In this document: piece by piece, positions 21,446 through 33,589 of the stretch
Position numbering within the stretch: position 1 is the first letter of the stretch
Layout of the letters: each line of letters starts with the position of its first letter
Source: Salpingoeca rosetta
Lineage: Eukaryota > Protista > Choanoflagellata
NCBI GenBank assembly: GCA_033442325.1
Contig: JAWQFM010000005.1
Span: forward strand, 549,327-613,326
Direction: 5' to 3'
DNA: 64,000 nucleotides
The notes under the pieces: generated by a model
The model's input: the letters and a program-made list of their open reading frames with translations, nothing else
What the model was told of the DNA's origin: nothing
Databases searched by the model: none
Program-made: the position numbers and the translations under genes

Positions 21446-24175
21446 GTCATCGAGCTTGGATGTTGGCAGCCGCAACGCCTGTGTGCTTGTTGCATTGTTC
21501 ACTGACAAACCCGCCCACTCATGCATGCTGCAACAACCACAATCCCGCCACCAACAACTAGGGCGACTGCATCATTGCCATTGACGGGCAGTCTGTTGGC
21601 GGCGTCCCGCTCGAGGACGTGCAGCAGCTCATGCGCACCGCAGGCCCTGCCGTGGAGCTTCTTGTCTACTGCATGGATGGTGAGGTGGACTCCGACTACA
21701 CCCTGCTCTCAAACTTCCTCCGCAGCAACAGCACAGACTCTGCCGAGCTTGCAGCCGTCAAGGCCGACATCAGGTGCGTTTGCCCTTGCGTTGTTGTTGT
21801 TTTTTTTTTTTTTTTTGGCGCCACTGCAACAGTTGCAGCAGTTGCATGTCTATCATCAACGTGCCATGCTTGATATAGGTCCTCGTGTTACTTGATATCA
21901 GTGCCCTTTCTTTTGCCGCACCTGCGCTTGCCCTTTCCTTGTTGTTCTTTTCGCCATTCTCACTCACACGCACACCCACAAACGCACACCCACACCCACA
22001 AACGCACACCCACACACGCACACAAATACACACACACGCGCACACACACTCTCTGTCTCTCAGGGCGGATGTGTATGGCGCCTCTGTCCCGTACACCACT
22101 CGTGCGCCACGCGAGGGCGAGGTGGAGGGCGTCAACTACCACTTTGTGACGCGCGACGACTTTGAGGCCATGGTCAAGGGCGACCGCTTTGTCGAGTGGG
22201 GCGAGGCCAACGGCGTGATGTACGGCACCCCCAAGCGCAAGCCGGGTGCATCTGTGCGCCGCGTGCCATCGTCAAGCACGGACGGCCCCGCCGACGCCGA
22301 CGTCGCCTCTGGAGAGGACAGCGCCAACGCCCGCCCGTCGCTCCGCCGCTCGCAGGCACACGCGGCCTCTGTCAGGGCCACCAGCCGGCCCCGCGCCATC
22401 ACCATCAAGCACGCCGGGCCATTCTCCTCCATGGGCCTCGAGCTCACGCAGACCCGCGACGGCGTGTTTGTGCTGGATGTGGTTGACGGCTCACCCGCCG
22501 CGGCTGCGGGCCTGTCCAAGGCCATGCAGGTGCTCGCCGTCGACGGGGTCGATGCTTCCGGCAAGGACGCCGCCTTTGTCCGCAACCGCCTTGGCCAGGT
22601 CGCAGACGAGCATGAGCTTGTTGTCCGCTACAACACCCGCGCCTTCTCCTCCGCCGCAGCGGTGAGTCGTGTGTGTGTGTGTGTCTGTGTCTGTGTCTGC
22701 GTCTGTGTCTGTGTGATGTTTGTGTGTATGTGTGTTTGTCTGTGTTGTTTGTCTGTGTGTCTATTTATCCGTGGGTCTCTCCTCCTCTTCTTCTCCACAG
22801 CTGCTCAATTTACTTAACGGCTGTGTTCAATCCCTCCCTCCCTCCCTGACTTCCCCAAACCAAATTGCGCATGCATGCCCTTTCTACATCTGCCAGACGC
22901 TGATTGGCGGCACGAAGAAGGAGCACATCTTCACTGCCGTTCTCGGCCGCAACGGCAGCGGCCGCTGGGGCATCAGCATCGGCGGCGGCGCGGAGCAGGG
23001 CCGCCTCATTGTCTTTGAGAAGCTCGAGGATGTCCACTACATCGCCAAGACGCGCACCATCGCCGAGGGCGACTGCCTGCTGGCTGTTGACGGCGTCTCC
23101 GTTGCCGGCAGCGGCCTCGCGCACGCCGTGGAGCAGATCAAGAAGGCGGACCAGGACATTGAGCTGACTGTGCTCAGCACCGCAGACACGGCCGTGTCCT
23201 CCAACCTCGACGACTTCTTCCTCGCATCCAAGTACGACAGCGCCGCGCTCGCTGCTGCCAAGGCCGACATCCGCGCCAGCGTGTACGACTCCACGGTCGC
23301 CTACACCACGCGCGCGCCACGCGAGGGCGAGAAGGACGGCGTCAACTACCACTTTGTCACGGAGGACACCTTCAAGGACATGATCAACGCGGGCTCCTTC
23401 TTGGAGTGGGGCGAGCGCGACGGCGTGTACTACGGCACGCCAAAGGCCTTCAGCCCGCGCAAGAGCCGCCGCGCGTCGCGTGCCCGCCGCGCCATCTCCA
23501 CCGTCACCACCGCCGTGCAGACGGTCGTCATTGCCCGTCTTTCCGACGGCACGTGGGGCGTGGAGATTGCCGGCGGCCTCAGCCACGGCGTCCTGCCGCA
23601 CGTCTCTGCCGTGTCGGACAACTGCAACATGGTTGCCTTCTCGGAGCGGCCGCTGCTTCCTGGCGACGTCATCCTGGCCGTGCAGGGCGTGAGCATTGCG
23701 GGCTTTGACCTCGGCTACATCAAGCGGCTCATGGACGCGCAGGGCGACGAGGTTGAGCTCACCGTCATGTGCACCAACAGCACCCGCCCCACCAGCTTCC
23801 GCGCCCTCCTCTCCCACAGCAACGGCCAGAACCTGCCCGAGGATCTGCAGACAGTTGTGGAGGATGTCCGCAGCGACATTTACAAGTCCACGGTCCCCTT
23901 CACCACGCGTGCACCGCGTCAGGGGGAGAAGGACGGCGTCGACTACCACTTTGTCACGGAGGAGGAGTTTAGGCGCATGGAGAAGGAGGGCAAGTTCATT
24001 GAGGTTGGCGAGAGCAACGGCGTGCTGTACGGCACAGCTGCCCAGTCCAAGTCCAGCTTCCAGCCGCGTTCCTCCCGCACCCGCCGCCGCCTCAGCACCC
24101 GCTCCCGATTCAGCCGCCCTCGCATGTTTGTCATCCACGCAGACGACAATGAGGTCTGTCCCTGCGCGTTCGCCC

Positions 24176-24214
<39 letters not shown>

Positions 24215-26063
24215 TGTGTGTGGGTGTGTGTGGGTGTGTGCGCGTACTTGCGTGCGTGTGTGCATTTGTATTTGCGCATGTGCCGCGGCGTACTTCTATT
24301 TGGGTGACGCAGCTTCTTCTCCGTGTTCTTCTTGTTTTCTATTGATACATGCACACGTTCACATTTCATTGTGCTCACCGCATTCGCCTCCTTTCTCCGA
24401 CTCCTGCCTTTATAGTCTGTCGGCCTCAGCCTTTCCGCCATTGCGCCTGGTGCTGGCGGCGGTGTTGAGGTGACGACCACCGATGTTGGCAAGCCCGCGC
24501 ACCGCGCTGGCCTCCGTGCAGGCATGAAGCTCCTGACGGTCGAGGGCGAGCCCGTGGAGCAGAAGGACGTCAACGACGTGGCACAGATGCTTCTTGACCC
24601 GTTCAGGCAGAAGGGCAGCGTCAGCCTCACCGCTTGCTACGCCCCAGCCACCAAGCTGGTACGCGCACTGGCACTCAAGTCTTGATTGCTTTCTGGGGCC
24701 CTGGTCTTGCGTTGCGTCAATGTAATTGTTCACATCAATGTAATTGTTTGCACTGTCATCACACTTACCCTCAGTCACTCACGTGTACCCTATGGCTCTT
24801 CCTCCTGCCTCATCCTTCGCACACTACTTCTACGCCTGCCTCTTTCCGCTTTACCCCCTCCCGCTCCCTGCTCCCCTTCGCCGCCGTTGCTCCCATTTCT
24901 GCCACATAGATGGCCAACGTGACCGTGCCTGTGTTTGATGAGCCTGACAACACCACCGCCGACGACGATGAGCAGACACACGTCCACTTCATTGGCTCTG
25001 AGCAGATTGATGACAACAAAGTCCGCATCATTCAGACGTGGGCATGCCCGCGCTCCCTCTCCACAGCGCTCATGTACTCCTTTGCACAACGATCGGACAC
25101 AACAGTGGTGAGTGCATCGTGTGTGTGTGTGTGTGTGCGTGTGTGTCTGTGTGTCTGTGTGTCTGTGTGTCTGTGTGTAACTGTGCTCGCTTGCGTGGTA
25201 TGTATATTTGTGTGCGTGTGTGTGTGTGTGTGTGTGATGCCGTGCGCACTGTGGGGGAATTTACCCCGCAATCGGCACGCAACATCATTGAGTGCCCCTT
25301 CGCTGCATCTTTGTGTCGTGTGCTCACACGTGCCACCGCTGCCTGCTACACCATCGCGACTCCTGTCCCTATCCTTCTCTCGTCCACCACGCTTGTTTTG
25401 CATGTTCCTGGCTGCGTTGACTCGACCACCAGCGTGACGAGCCCTTTTACGGGTCGTTCCTGCACAAGAACCCGCACCTGAACCACCCCATGCAGGACGA
25501 GGTCATTGCGTCGCAGCCAACAAACCCGGCCGAGGTGGTGCAGTCCATTCTCGCACACACATCCACGCAAGTGCTGTACTGCAAGAACCTGGTCAAGCAC
25601 ATGCCAACAGACGTCGACGATGACGACGCCTGGCTCAGCCGCTGCGTGCACATCTTCCAGTTCCGCAACCCTGCCGCCGTTGTGTCCTCGTTCAAGAACT
25701 TTGCCAAGCCAACTGCGGACGAGACGTGCTTCCCGCAGGCACACGCCCTCATGACCAAGCTCAGGGAACGCAACATCCCCTTCTGCGTCGTCGACTCTGA
25801 CGCGCTGACCATCAACCCGGAGGCCGTGCTGCGCCAGCTGTGCCATGGCCTTGGCATCAGCTTTGACGAGGCCATGCTGTCCTGGCCGGCGGGGCCAAAG
25901 GAGTACGATGGCGTCTGGGCGTCTGAGTGGTACAAGACCGTCCATTCCTCCACCGGCTTTATGGTCCGTGATTTCTGTTTTTTTTTTTGTGTGTGTGTGT
26001 ATTTGTATGTGTATGCGTCTGTGTGTGTATGTGTGGTTGTGTGTGTGTGTGTGTATTTGTATT

Positions 26064-26095
<32 letters not shown>

Positions 26096-27544
26096 GCTGT
26101 GTGTAGCTGTGTGTGGCTGTCTGTCTGTGTGTAAGGTCCCATTCAGCTCACATGACCACATCCCATCAATTCCCCTCTCCCCACAAACAGCCGAGCAAGT
26201 CGATGCACACTGTCGATGCCGCGCTGTTGCCTCTGATTCGCGACGCGTATCCGTTCTACCTCGCCCTCTCCCAGCACGCAATCGGCCATGGCATGTCGCC
26301 TTCCATGTCAGTGGCCTTCACACGCACTTGCCTGTTTGTTTTCTTTGCTCTTCACTCACACACCCATTTGAGTTGTCATTTGCTCCGGCTATGCTCGTCG
26401 ACCCGCACCTTACCGACTTACGTCATCGACTCCCCTTCCACATTCCATACACATACGTATTCATGCGCGTGCTCGTGTGGCGCATTAGGCTGAAAAACGC
26501 CAGCACCGACGACCTTGCGGCACCAGAGCTGCCTGACGCGCGCAACGAGAACGTGCTTGTGTGGGTTGGCCGCGGCCTTGTGCCCCGCGCCTTTGCGTCC
26601 CTGTCCGTGTTTGACTCTGCGGTGCAGGGCGGTGACGCCGTGTGGGAGGGCCTGCGCGTGTACAACGGCAAGGCGTTCCGCCTGGACCAGCATGTGCAAC
26701 GCCTCATTGACTCTGCCAAGGCAATGGCCTTTGATGACATTCCATCCCCGGAAGACATCAAGGTCTGTGCATGTATGTGTGTGCCTGTTGTGCGCGCGCG
26801 TGTGTGTCTTTTGTGCGTGTGTGTTTATGTGCCTTTTGTGCGCGTGTGTGTCTTTTTTGCGCTGAGCTGACTGCGGTTCACGTGCACTGTAATTCAGGTG
26901 CGCTGCGATGCTCGCAACACTCGTATTGTCAACGACAACCGTGGTTTGTCACACCCTCTCAACCCCCTTCCCTGTCTCACGCCCCCCTCCCACCCTTTAC
27001 TGCTTCACCTGACCACAGGAGACAATCTTCAAGACGCTGGCTGCCAACAACATGCGCGATGGCGTGCACGTGCGCATCACCCTGTCCCGTGGTGCGAAGG
27101 TCACCTCCAGCATGAACCCGGCCTTCAACCAGTCTGGCTCCGTGCTTGTCGTCCTTCCAGAGTTCAAGGGCGTGCAGGGCGCTGCCACCTACAACAACGT
27201 GGATGGCGTGAAGCTCATCACTGCCGCCAACCGCCGCAACTCGCCCCAGTGCCTCGACTCGAAGATCCACCACTGCAACCTCATCAACAACATCCTGCCC
27301 AAGATCCAGGCCAACGCTGCTGGCGCCGCAGACGCCATTATGCTTGACCTCGACGGCTTTGTTGCCGAGACCAACGCCACCAACCTGTTTGCAGTCAAGG
27401 GCGGCGCCGTCCTCACGCCCTCTGCCGACTACTGCCTGCCCGGTGTCACGCGCGCTGTTGTGATTGAGCTGGCCGAGAAGCTCCAGCTGCCTCTGCAGAT
27501 CCGCCGCGTCTCCCTCGCCGAGTTCCACGCTGCCGACGAGGTAC

Positions 27545-27575
<31 letters not shown>

Positions 27576-27919
27576 CTGTGTACTTGCGTGTGTAAGTGTG
27601 TGTGTGTGGGTGTGTGCGTGCTTGTGCGTTATTTAGTCTGCGCGTCTCTTCTGTGTGTGTGTGTGTGTGTGTATCAGCTGCGTGCATGTGCTCATTTTGG
27701 CATCTCCGTGCCGTCTTTCCTTATGCATCAACATCCCCCCCCCCTGTGCCTTGTCTTCTCCGCTAGGTGTTCACGACTGGCACGATGGGTGAGCTCACCC
27801 CCGTCATTGCCATTGACGGCCGCGCCATTGGCTCTGGTGCCCGCGGGCCGATCACGGAGCGCATCCAGGCCGCTTTCCACGACCTCACAGAGGCCGAGGG
27901 CGAGCAGCTGCCGTTCTAA
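20342..27919 (+). CDS. Multi-exon protein: 4 MAGI-type guanylate-kinase-like segments and 5 PDZ domains, followed (probably in the same transcript) by a sulfotransferase-like P-loop domain and a class IV aminotransferase-like (BCAT-like) domain
   Basis: Four TTR(P/A)(R/P)R.GE...Y.FV...F.E.GE..G..YGT motifs (~20378-20745, 22063-22240, 23262-23445, 23865-24035); PDZ motifs [27 protein letters not shown]; [15 protein letters not shown]; [49 protein letters not shown]; stop TAA 27917-27919. Domain calls are firm, the fusion junction less so. Confidence 0.8.
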
Positions 27920-28455
27920 CTGCAGCGTGGCGCCGCACAAGCCCTCGTCGACGACCCCCTCCATGGTGGTGTCACTGTCGACGTGTTTCGTTCCCTGTTC
28001 TCTAGTGGTTCGTTTTCCTGTCCTGTTGTTTCTTTCTTTGTTCATTCTCCCCTCTCCCTCGCCTTTCCGCTTTCGTTTTGTTCGGCTTACGTTCTCTCTG
28101 CCGCTTACTGCTTTGCTTTACGTGGATGCATTGGCTGCTTACGCGTTTTGTTTTTCCTTCCGCCTTGTTCTTCTTTGCGCTCTCGTCGTGTCTGTGTCTG
28201 CGCAGCTGTTTACCCCTCGTTGTAGCTGTTGTTGCCGCTGTGGCGACCTGCTGTACTGTTTCGCTGGTTGGAGCTCCTTCTTTCGCAGAGGCTGACTCGC
28301 TTGTCGTTCTACCAGCACACAGATACACATACGCATGCTCGCGATCCAATACACTTTCGGCGTCAAGACTGGTGTGTCATACGTGTGATGTTTGTACAAA
28401 CTCTTTCGGTGTTGCAAACCAACCACAATGTAACAAGAGAGATAGACAGAAAGAG

Positions 28456-28487
<32 letters not shown>

Positions 28488-28531
28488 TGTGTGTGTGTGT
28501 GTGTGTGTGTGACGGGTCAAGTGCTGGACAG

Positions 28532-29123
28532 TCACGCAAGCGTGGTTTGGCAAGCGTTGTTTGCAGGGGTGATGGTGAGCGTGAGCGCCGATGTGTCTGG
28601 CTGGATGGGCACAGCTTCCGCCATGAGCATGTACCCGTTTCGTGCATAGAAGGAAGTGTTGAGGTCAATGGTCCAATTGACCTGCTCTGCTAGCGAGTAG
28701 ATGGCGCAAGTTGTGCCGAGTTGTGACACTGCGTCCCCCTTCAGTGCCGCCACGAGCTGGTTCTGCCCATTCACGCCAAACGTCGTGTTTCGCTCGCCTG
28801 TCACATTGACGAGAGCAATCAATGTGAGATGGTGGTTTGCATGTCTGAATGTCTGTCTGCTCATATGTGTGTGTGTGAATATAGGCTGCTGCAAATCGTG
28901 TGGTGGGGCGTCACGGCAGTGAACGAACCATCAAATGCGAAGATGGGGATGCGGATGGAGAGGCCAGCCACATCCTCGCGCACACTCGAGATGATGGTCA
29001 CCTGCACCAACAACATATGGTCGGTCATCAGCAATTGCACGAGGAGTCAGCGACAGACCGCAGACAACCACAACTTGGATGTATGCATGGAGAGACAAGT
29101 GCAAATACACATCTTGAGGAACG

Positions 29124-29158
<35 letters not shown>

Positions 29159-30649
29159 GCACGCACACACACACACACACACACGCATGCACATGTACAC
29201 ACACGCATGCACATGTACACACACACACATACACACATTCACCGCCATCAGCCCCAGAACTCACATTGTCGGGGGTCACGGTGTACTCCTCGTTGACGTG
29301 GAACCGCGATGAGGCGAGATCGGCAGCGACATCATAGTGCACGGTGTAGTGCACGCGGTCAGGCGCGACCGTGTGCTGCTCCAGCTGTGTGCTGCGGGTG
29401 TTCACAAACGAGAAGTTGGCGAGCGAATGCACTTCCGTGCGATTCACGCGGTGCGGCCGCACACCCTTGATGGCAAACGAGTTGAGCCCGCCCCCTTGCG
29501 CAAACAGATAGATGCAGGCACAAGCCACGGCGTTGACGTTGACGTTGACGTTGGCGTTGTGTGTGGGTGGGTGTGTGAGCGAGAGAGAGGGAGAGAGTGT
29601 GTGGGTGTGGGTGTGGGTGAGCGGGTGAGTGTGAAGGCGCTCGCTCACGTATAGGAGCATAAGGAGAACAGCAATTGAGAGCAAAAGCAGTTGTGACAGA
29701 CAATGATACCAACAGTTACCGTGTGCGTGTGAGAAGAACCAGGTCATGCGGTGGCACCTTTTCCGAAGAAGGAGTGAATCCAAACGCGAACGAAACGTGC
29801 GCGCAGCGGGTATTCTGGTGTGAAGGTTTGTGGCGCGACCGTTGTCTTTCCTCTCACGTCTGCAAGGTTACTCTTCACGACATTCTGCCATGTGCTGTTG
29901 TCGTCGTCGTGGGTGCTGTTGCTGACATCGATGGTGAAGGCCTTGGTGCCAAAGTCGTTGTAGTGCGAGTTGTGCGTGTTGGCCACCACAAACGCCTCCA
30001 GGCGTTGTGTTGCACTGCCAAGGTCGAGCACAAACCCGCCCGTCTGCGCATACGGCAGCAGCCACAGGCTCGACTGGTCATCATACGGGTTGTCGCTCCA
30101 CAGAATGTTGGTCACCCTGAAGCGTGACGGATCAAAACTTGACGAAGCGCTGGCGACGCTCGCATTCACAGTCTCCTGTGCAGGAAGGATACGAGGGTTT
30201 GACATCAACCGATAAAACATCGTGGTTGTGCACCACCAAACGGTTACCTCGATTGCAGCACCACAAGCACAGGCACAAGAACATGCACATGCACAAGCAA
30301 AACCACGACAAATTCCTCTTCCGCACATGCAAGCCCCAGATACACCCATATACCAAGCACGCGCTCACGTGTAGCACTATCCCATCATGCCGTGCCACTG
30401 CACTTCCAGTCATCCTCAATAGTAAAACCTGCCTCTGTGTGCGTTGTCCATGCAATGCCGGGTGCGAGTGCGTATCTGTTCTTCGGTGCAGCCTCCATCT
30501 GCAAGGGAGCGCCGGCCGTTGTCGTCACCAGTGGATCAGCAGCGCGGTGGTGCACTCTGCATTGTGTGTGCGTGTGTGCGTGCGTGCGTGTGCGTGTGCG
30601 TGCGTGTATGTGTGTGCGTGCGTGTGCGTGCGTGTAGGTGTGTGCGTGT

Positions 30650-30684
<35 letters not shown>

Positions 30685-31128
30685 AATGTGTGCGTGTGAA
30701 AGAGAGAGAGAGAGAGACATGAGAACAAGTGAGTAACATAGCCACCAAGTTATATCTGTCATACATACACCGACAAACACACACACGTAAACGAATGCAC
30801 GGGAGTGCAATTCAAGTGTCTACCGTGTAAGGCCCGTGCTGTCGTGAACCGGTGCGTCAGCAAAGAGCTCCGTCTCCACATATGTCCCGTTGGCGTTTGC
30901 GATGACTTTGTGAAACCCTTCAGGTTGGAACACGAATCCACCCACCTCCGCAAACGATGGCTGTTCGTCGATGTCATCCACAGCGTACATGTGTGCCGTC
31001 GCCAGCATGGATGCTGGCAGCAGGTTGTACTGGAAGGCAGTGGAGAGGGATGTGCGCGCACGTATGTGAATGTGCGTAGGTGAGTATGTATGTATGTATG
31101 TGAATGTGCGTATGCGTGTGTGTGTGTG

Positions 31129-31204
<76 letters not shown>

Positions 31205-33244
31205 GTGTGTGTCGTGTGTGTGTGTGTGTGTCGTGTAGTGTGTGTGTGTGTACGCGCGGGAGTTGTACTGTGTAAGGGACTAAAGGCAGATCGAAGTAGG
31301 AGTAGCTAGATGATATGATTATTATAGGACTACAAGAGAATAAAGTGAGGGGTACGAGAGAGCGAGGGATAGAAGGTAGATGGTGAAGAGATAGTAATCG
31401 GATAGGTCAGTACCGGAGACGAAGCGCTATCGGCTGTCGTCTAGAGGAGCACATAGCGCGATGGACCATTAGACTAAGCAACATCGAATCGGTCTTAGGT
31501 CAGCTAGCAGGTATGGAGGAGTATGCATCTAAGTTACGTCGCCGAACGTGTTGCNNNNNNNNNNNNNNNNNNNNNNNNNNNNNNNNNNNNNNNNNNNNNN
31601 NNNNNNNNNNNNNNNNNNNNNNNNNNNNNNNNNNNNNNNNNNNNNNNNNNNNNNNNNNNNNNNNNNNNNNNNNNNNNNNNNNNNNNNNNNNNNNNNNNNN
31701 NNNNNNNNNNNNNNNNNNNNNNNNNNNNNNNNNNNNNNNNNNNNNNNNNNNNNNNNNNNNNNNNNNNNNNNNNNNNNNNNNNNNNNNNNNNNNNNNNNNN
31801 NNNNNNNNNNNNNNNNNNNNNNNNNNNNNNNNNNNNNNNNNNNNNNNNNNNNNNNNNNNNNNNNNNNNNNNNNNNNNNNNNNNNNNNNNNNNNNNNNNNN
31901 NNNNNNNNNNNNNNNNNNNNNNNNNNNNNNNNNNNNNNNNNNNNNNNNNNNNNNNNNNNNNNNNNNNNNNNNNNNNNNNNNNNNNNNNNNNNNNNNNNNN
32001 NNNNNNNNNNNNNNNNNNNNNNNNNNNNNNNNNNNNNNNNNNNNNNNNNNNNNNNNNNNNNNNNNNNNNNNNNNNNNNNNNNNNNNNNNNNNNNNNNNNN
32101 NNNNNNNNNNNNNNNNNNNNNNNNNNNNNNNNNNNNNNNNNNNNNNNNNNNNNNNNNNNNNNNNNNNNNNNNNNNNNNNNNNNNNNNNNNNNNNNNNNNN
32201 NNNNNNNNNNNNNNNNNNNNNNNNNNNNNNNNNNNNNNNNNNNNNNNNNNNNNNNNNNNNNNNNNNNNNNNNNNNNNNNNNNNNNNNNNNNNNNNNNNNN
32301 NNNNNNNNNNNNNNNNNNNNNNNNNNNNNNNNNNNNNNNNNNNNNNNNNNNNNNNNNNNNNNNNNNNAACCCCCCCACCCCACACACACACACAATATCC
32401 CCCCCCCCCGGCACTCAACAAAACAAAGCAATACCCAGTTGCCGACGGCGCCGGGCCAGCCCTTGTATGCCTTATGAGGATCGATGCTGCGCGCGAGTGT
32501 ATGCCACTTGTCCATTTGAGACTTGGACACGAGCCCATCCAATGTCTTGAGCGTCAGCATCAGCGGCATGGTGTAGAAGTTGCAGTGCCCCTGTGCGCAG
32601 CCTTGGTCACCGACGGGCTGACCGAAGGCAAGTGCCGTGAGGGCGGCCGTGGTGGCGAGGGCGACGTCGTCCAGCACCTCCGCTGACAGCGTCGAGTTGA
32701 AGTACTCGTTGCGCACTAGCGTTGCTCCAGCAAAGGCAAACGTTGGCGTGCTGTACTGAATCTCCACGCCTGCATACGGGTCGATGATTCGGCCATACTG
32801 CGGACTAAAGGCATCCTAACAGTGAACGTATGTGTGTGTGTGTGTGCGTATGTGTGTGTAGGTTTGTGTGTGTGTGTGCAGTGAGTCACAACATCAGATC
32901 GCCACCGTCCTCGCACACACGCACACGCACACGCACACGCACACGCACACACACGCACACGCACGCACACGCACGCACACGCACGCACACGCACGCACAC
33001 ACGCGCACACACGCGCGCGCCACACCTTGATTTGGAATTGCCGGAAGTGCAGGACAACGGGAGCGATGACATCCAGGTAGGTGTCGCGCGTGAAACCCGT
33101 TGGGTGGAAGTCCTGCTTGTTGAACATCTTGACATTATGCAGGGCGCTGATTACGACTCCTTCGAGCGGAAATGGAGGTAGCTTCGCCGAAGCAAAGCCC
33201 ACAACAGCTCCCACCACAACCACAAGCAGTGCCACCGCTGCCAT
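28532..33244 (-). CDS. Secreted protein of an uncharacterised, bacterial-looking family with an internal F5/8 type C (discoidin)-like domain; spans the assembly gap
   Basis: Signal peptide MAAVALLVVVVGAVVGFASA; GRIIDPYAGVEIQYSTPTFAFA; YNLLPASMLA..FHKVIANANG; discoidin-like FVLDLGS...RARFVRVWIHS (29760-30175); collinear minus-strand exons on both sides of the gap. Confidence 0.65.
31555..32367. other. Assembly gap (813 N)
   Basis: N run. Confidence 1.
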
Positions 33245-33369
33245 GATGCTCCTGAATGTTGTTGTGGGTGCTGGCTGGGTTGGTTGGTGTTTGTATTTGT
33301 GTTGCAGTGGAAAAGTTCTGAAGAGTCGTTGGTGATTTGGCCAGTTTTCGGCAAACAACAACGACGAGG

Positions 33370-33552
33370 ATGAGGAGCGTGTTGCGGCGACTGTCAGCCG
33401 TGCTGTTTGACCTCGATGGCACCCTCGTCCACACCGGTGCGTCAGCCGTGAGTGAGTGTGTGTGTGTGTGTGTGTGTTTGTTTGTTTGTGTGTTTGTGTA
33501 TGTTTGTGTGTGTTTGTGTATGTTTGTGTGTGTTTGTGTGTTTGTGTATGTT

Positions 33553-33589
<37 letters not shown>

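Noticed and set aside
31260-31554. Purine-rich, compositionally foreign sequence that could suggest an insertion
   Set aside because: Abuts a gap, follows a long degrading (GT)n and has no ORF or repeat structure; most likely a low-quality read tail
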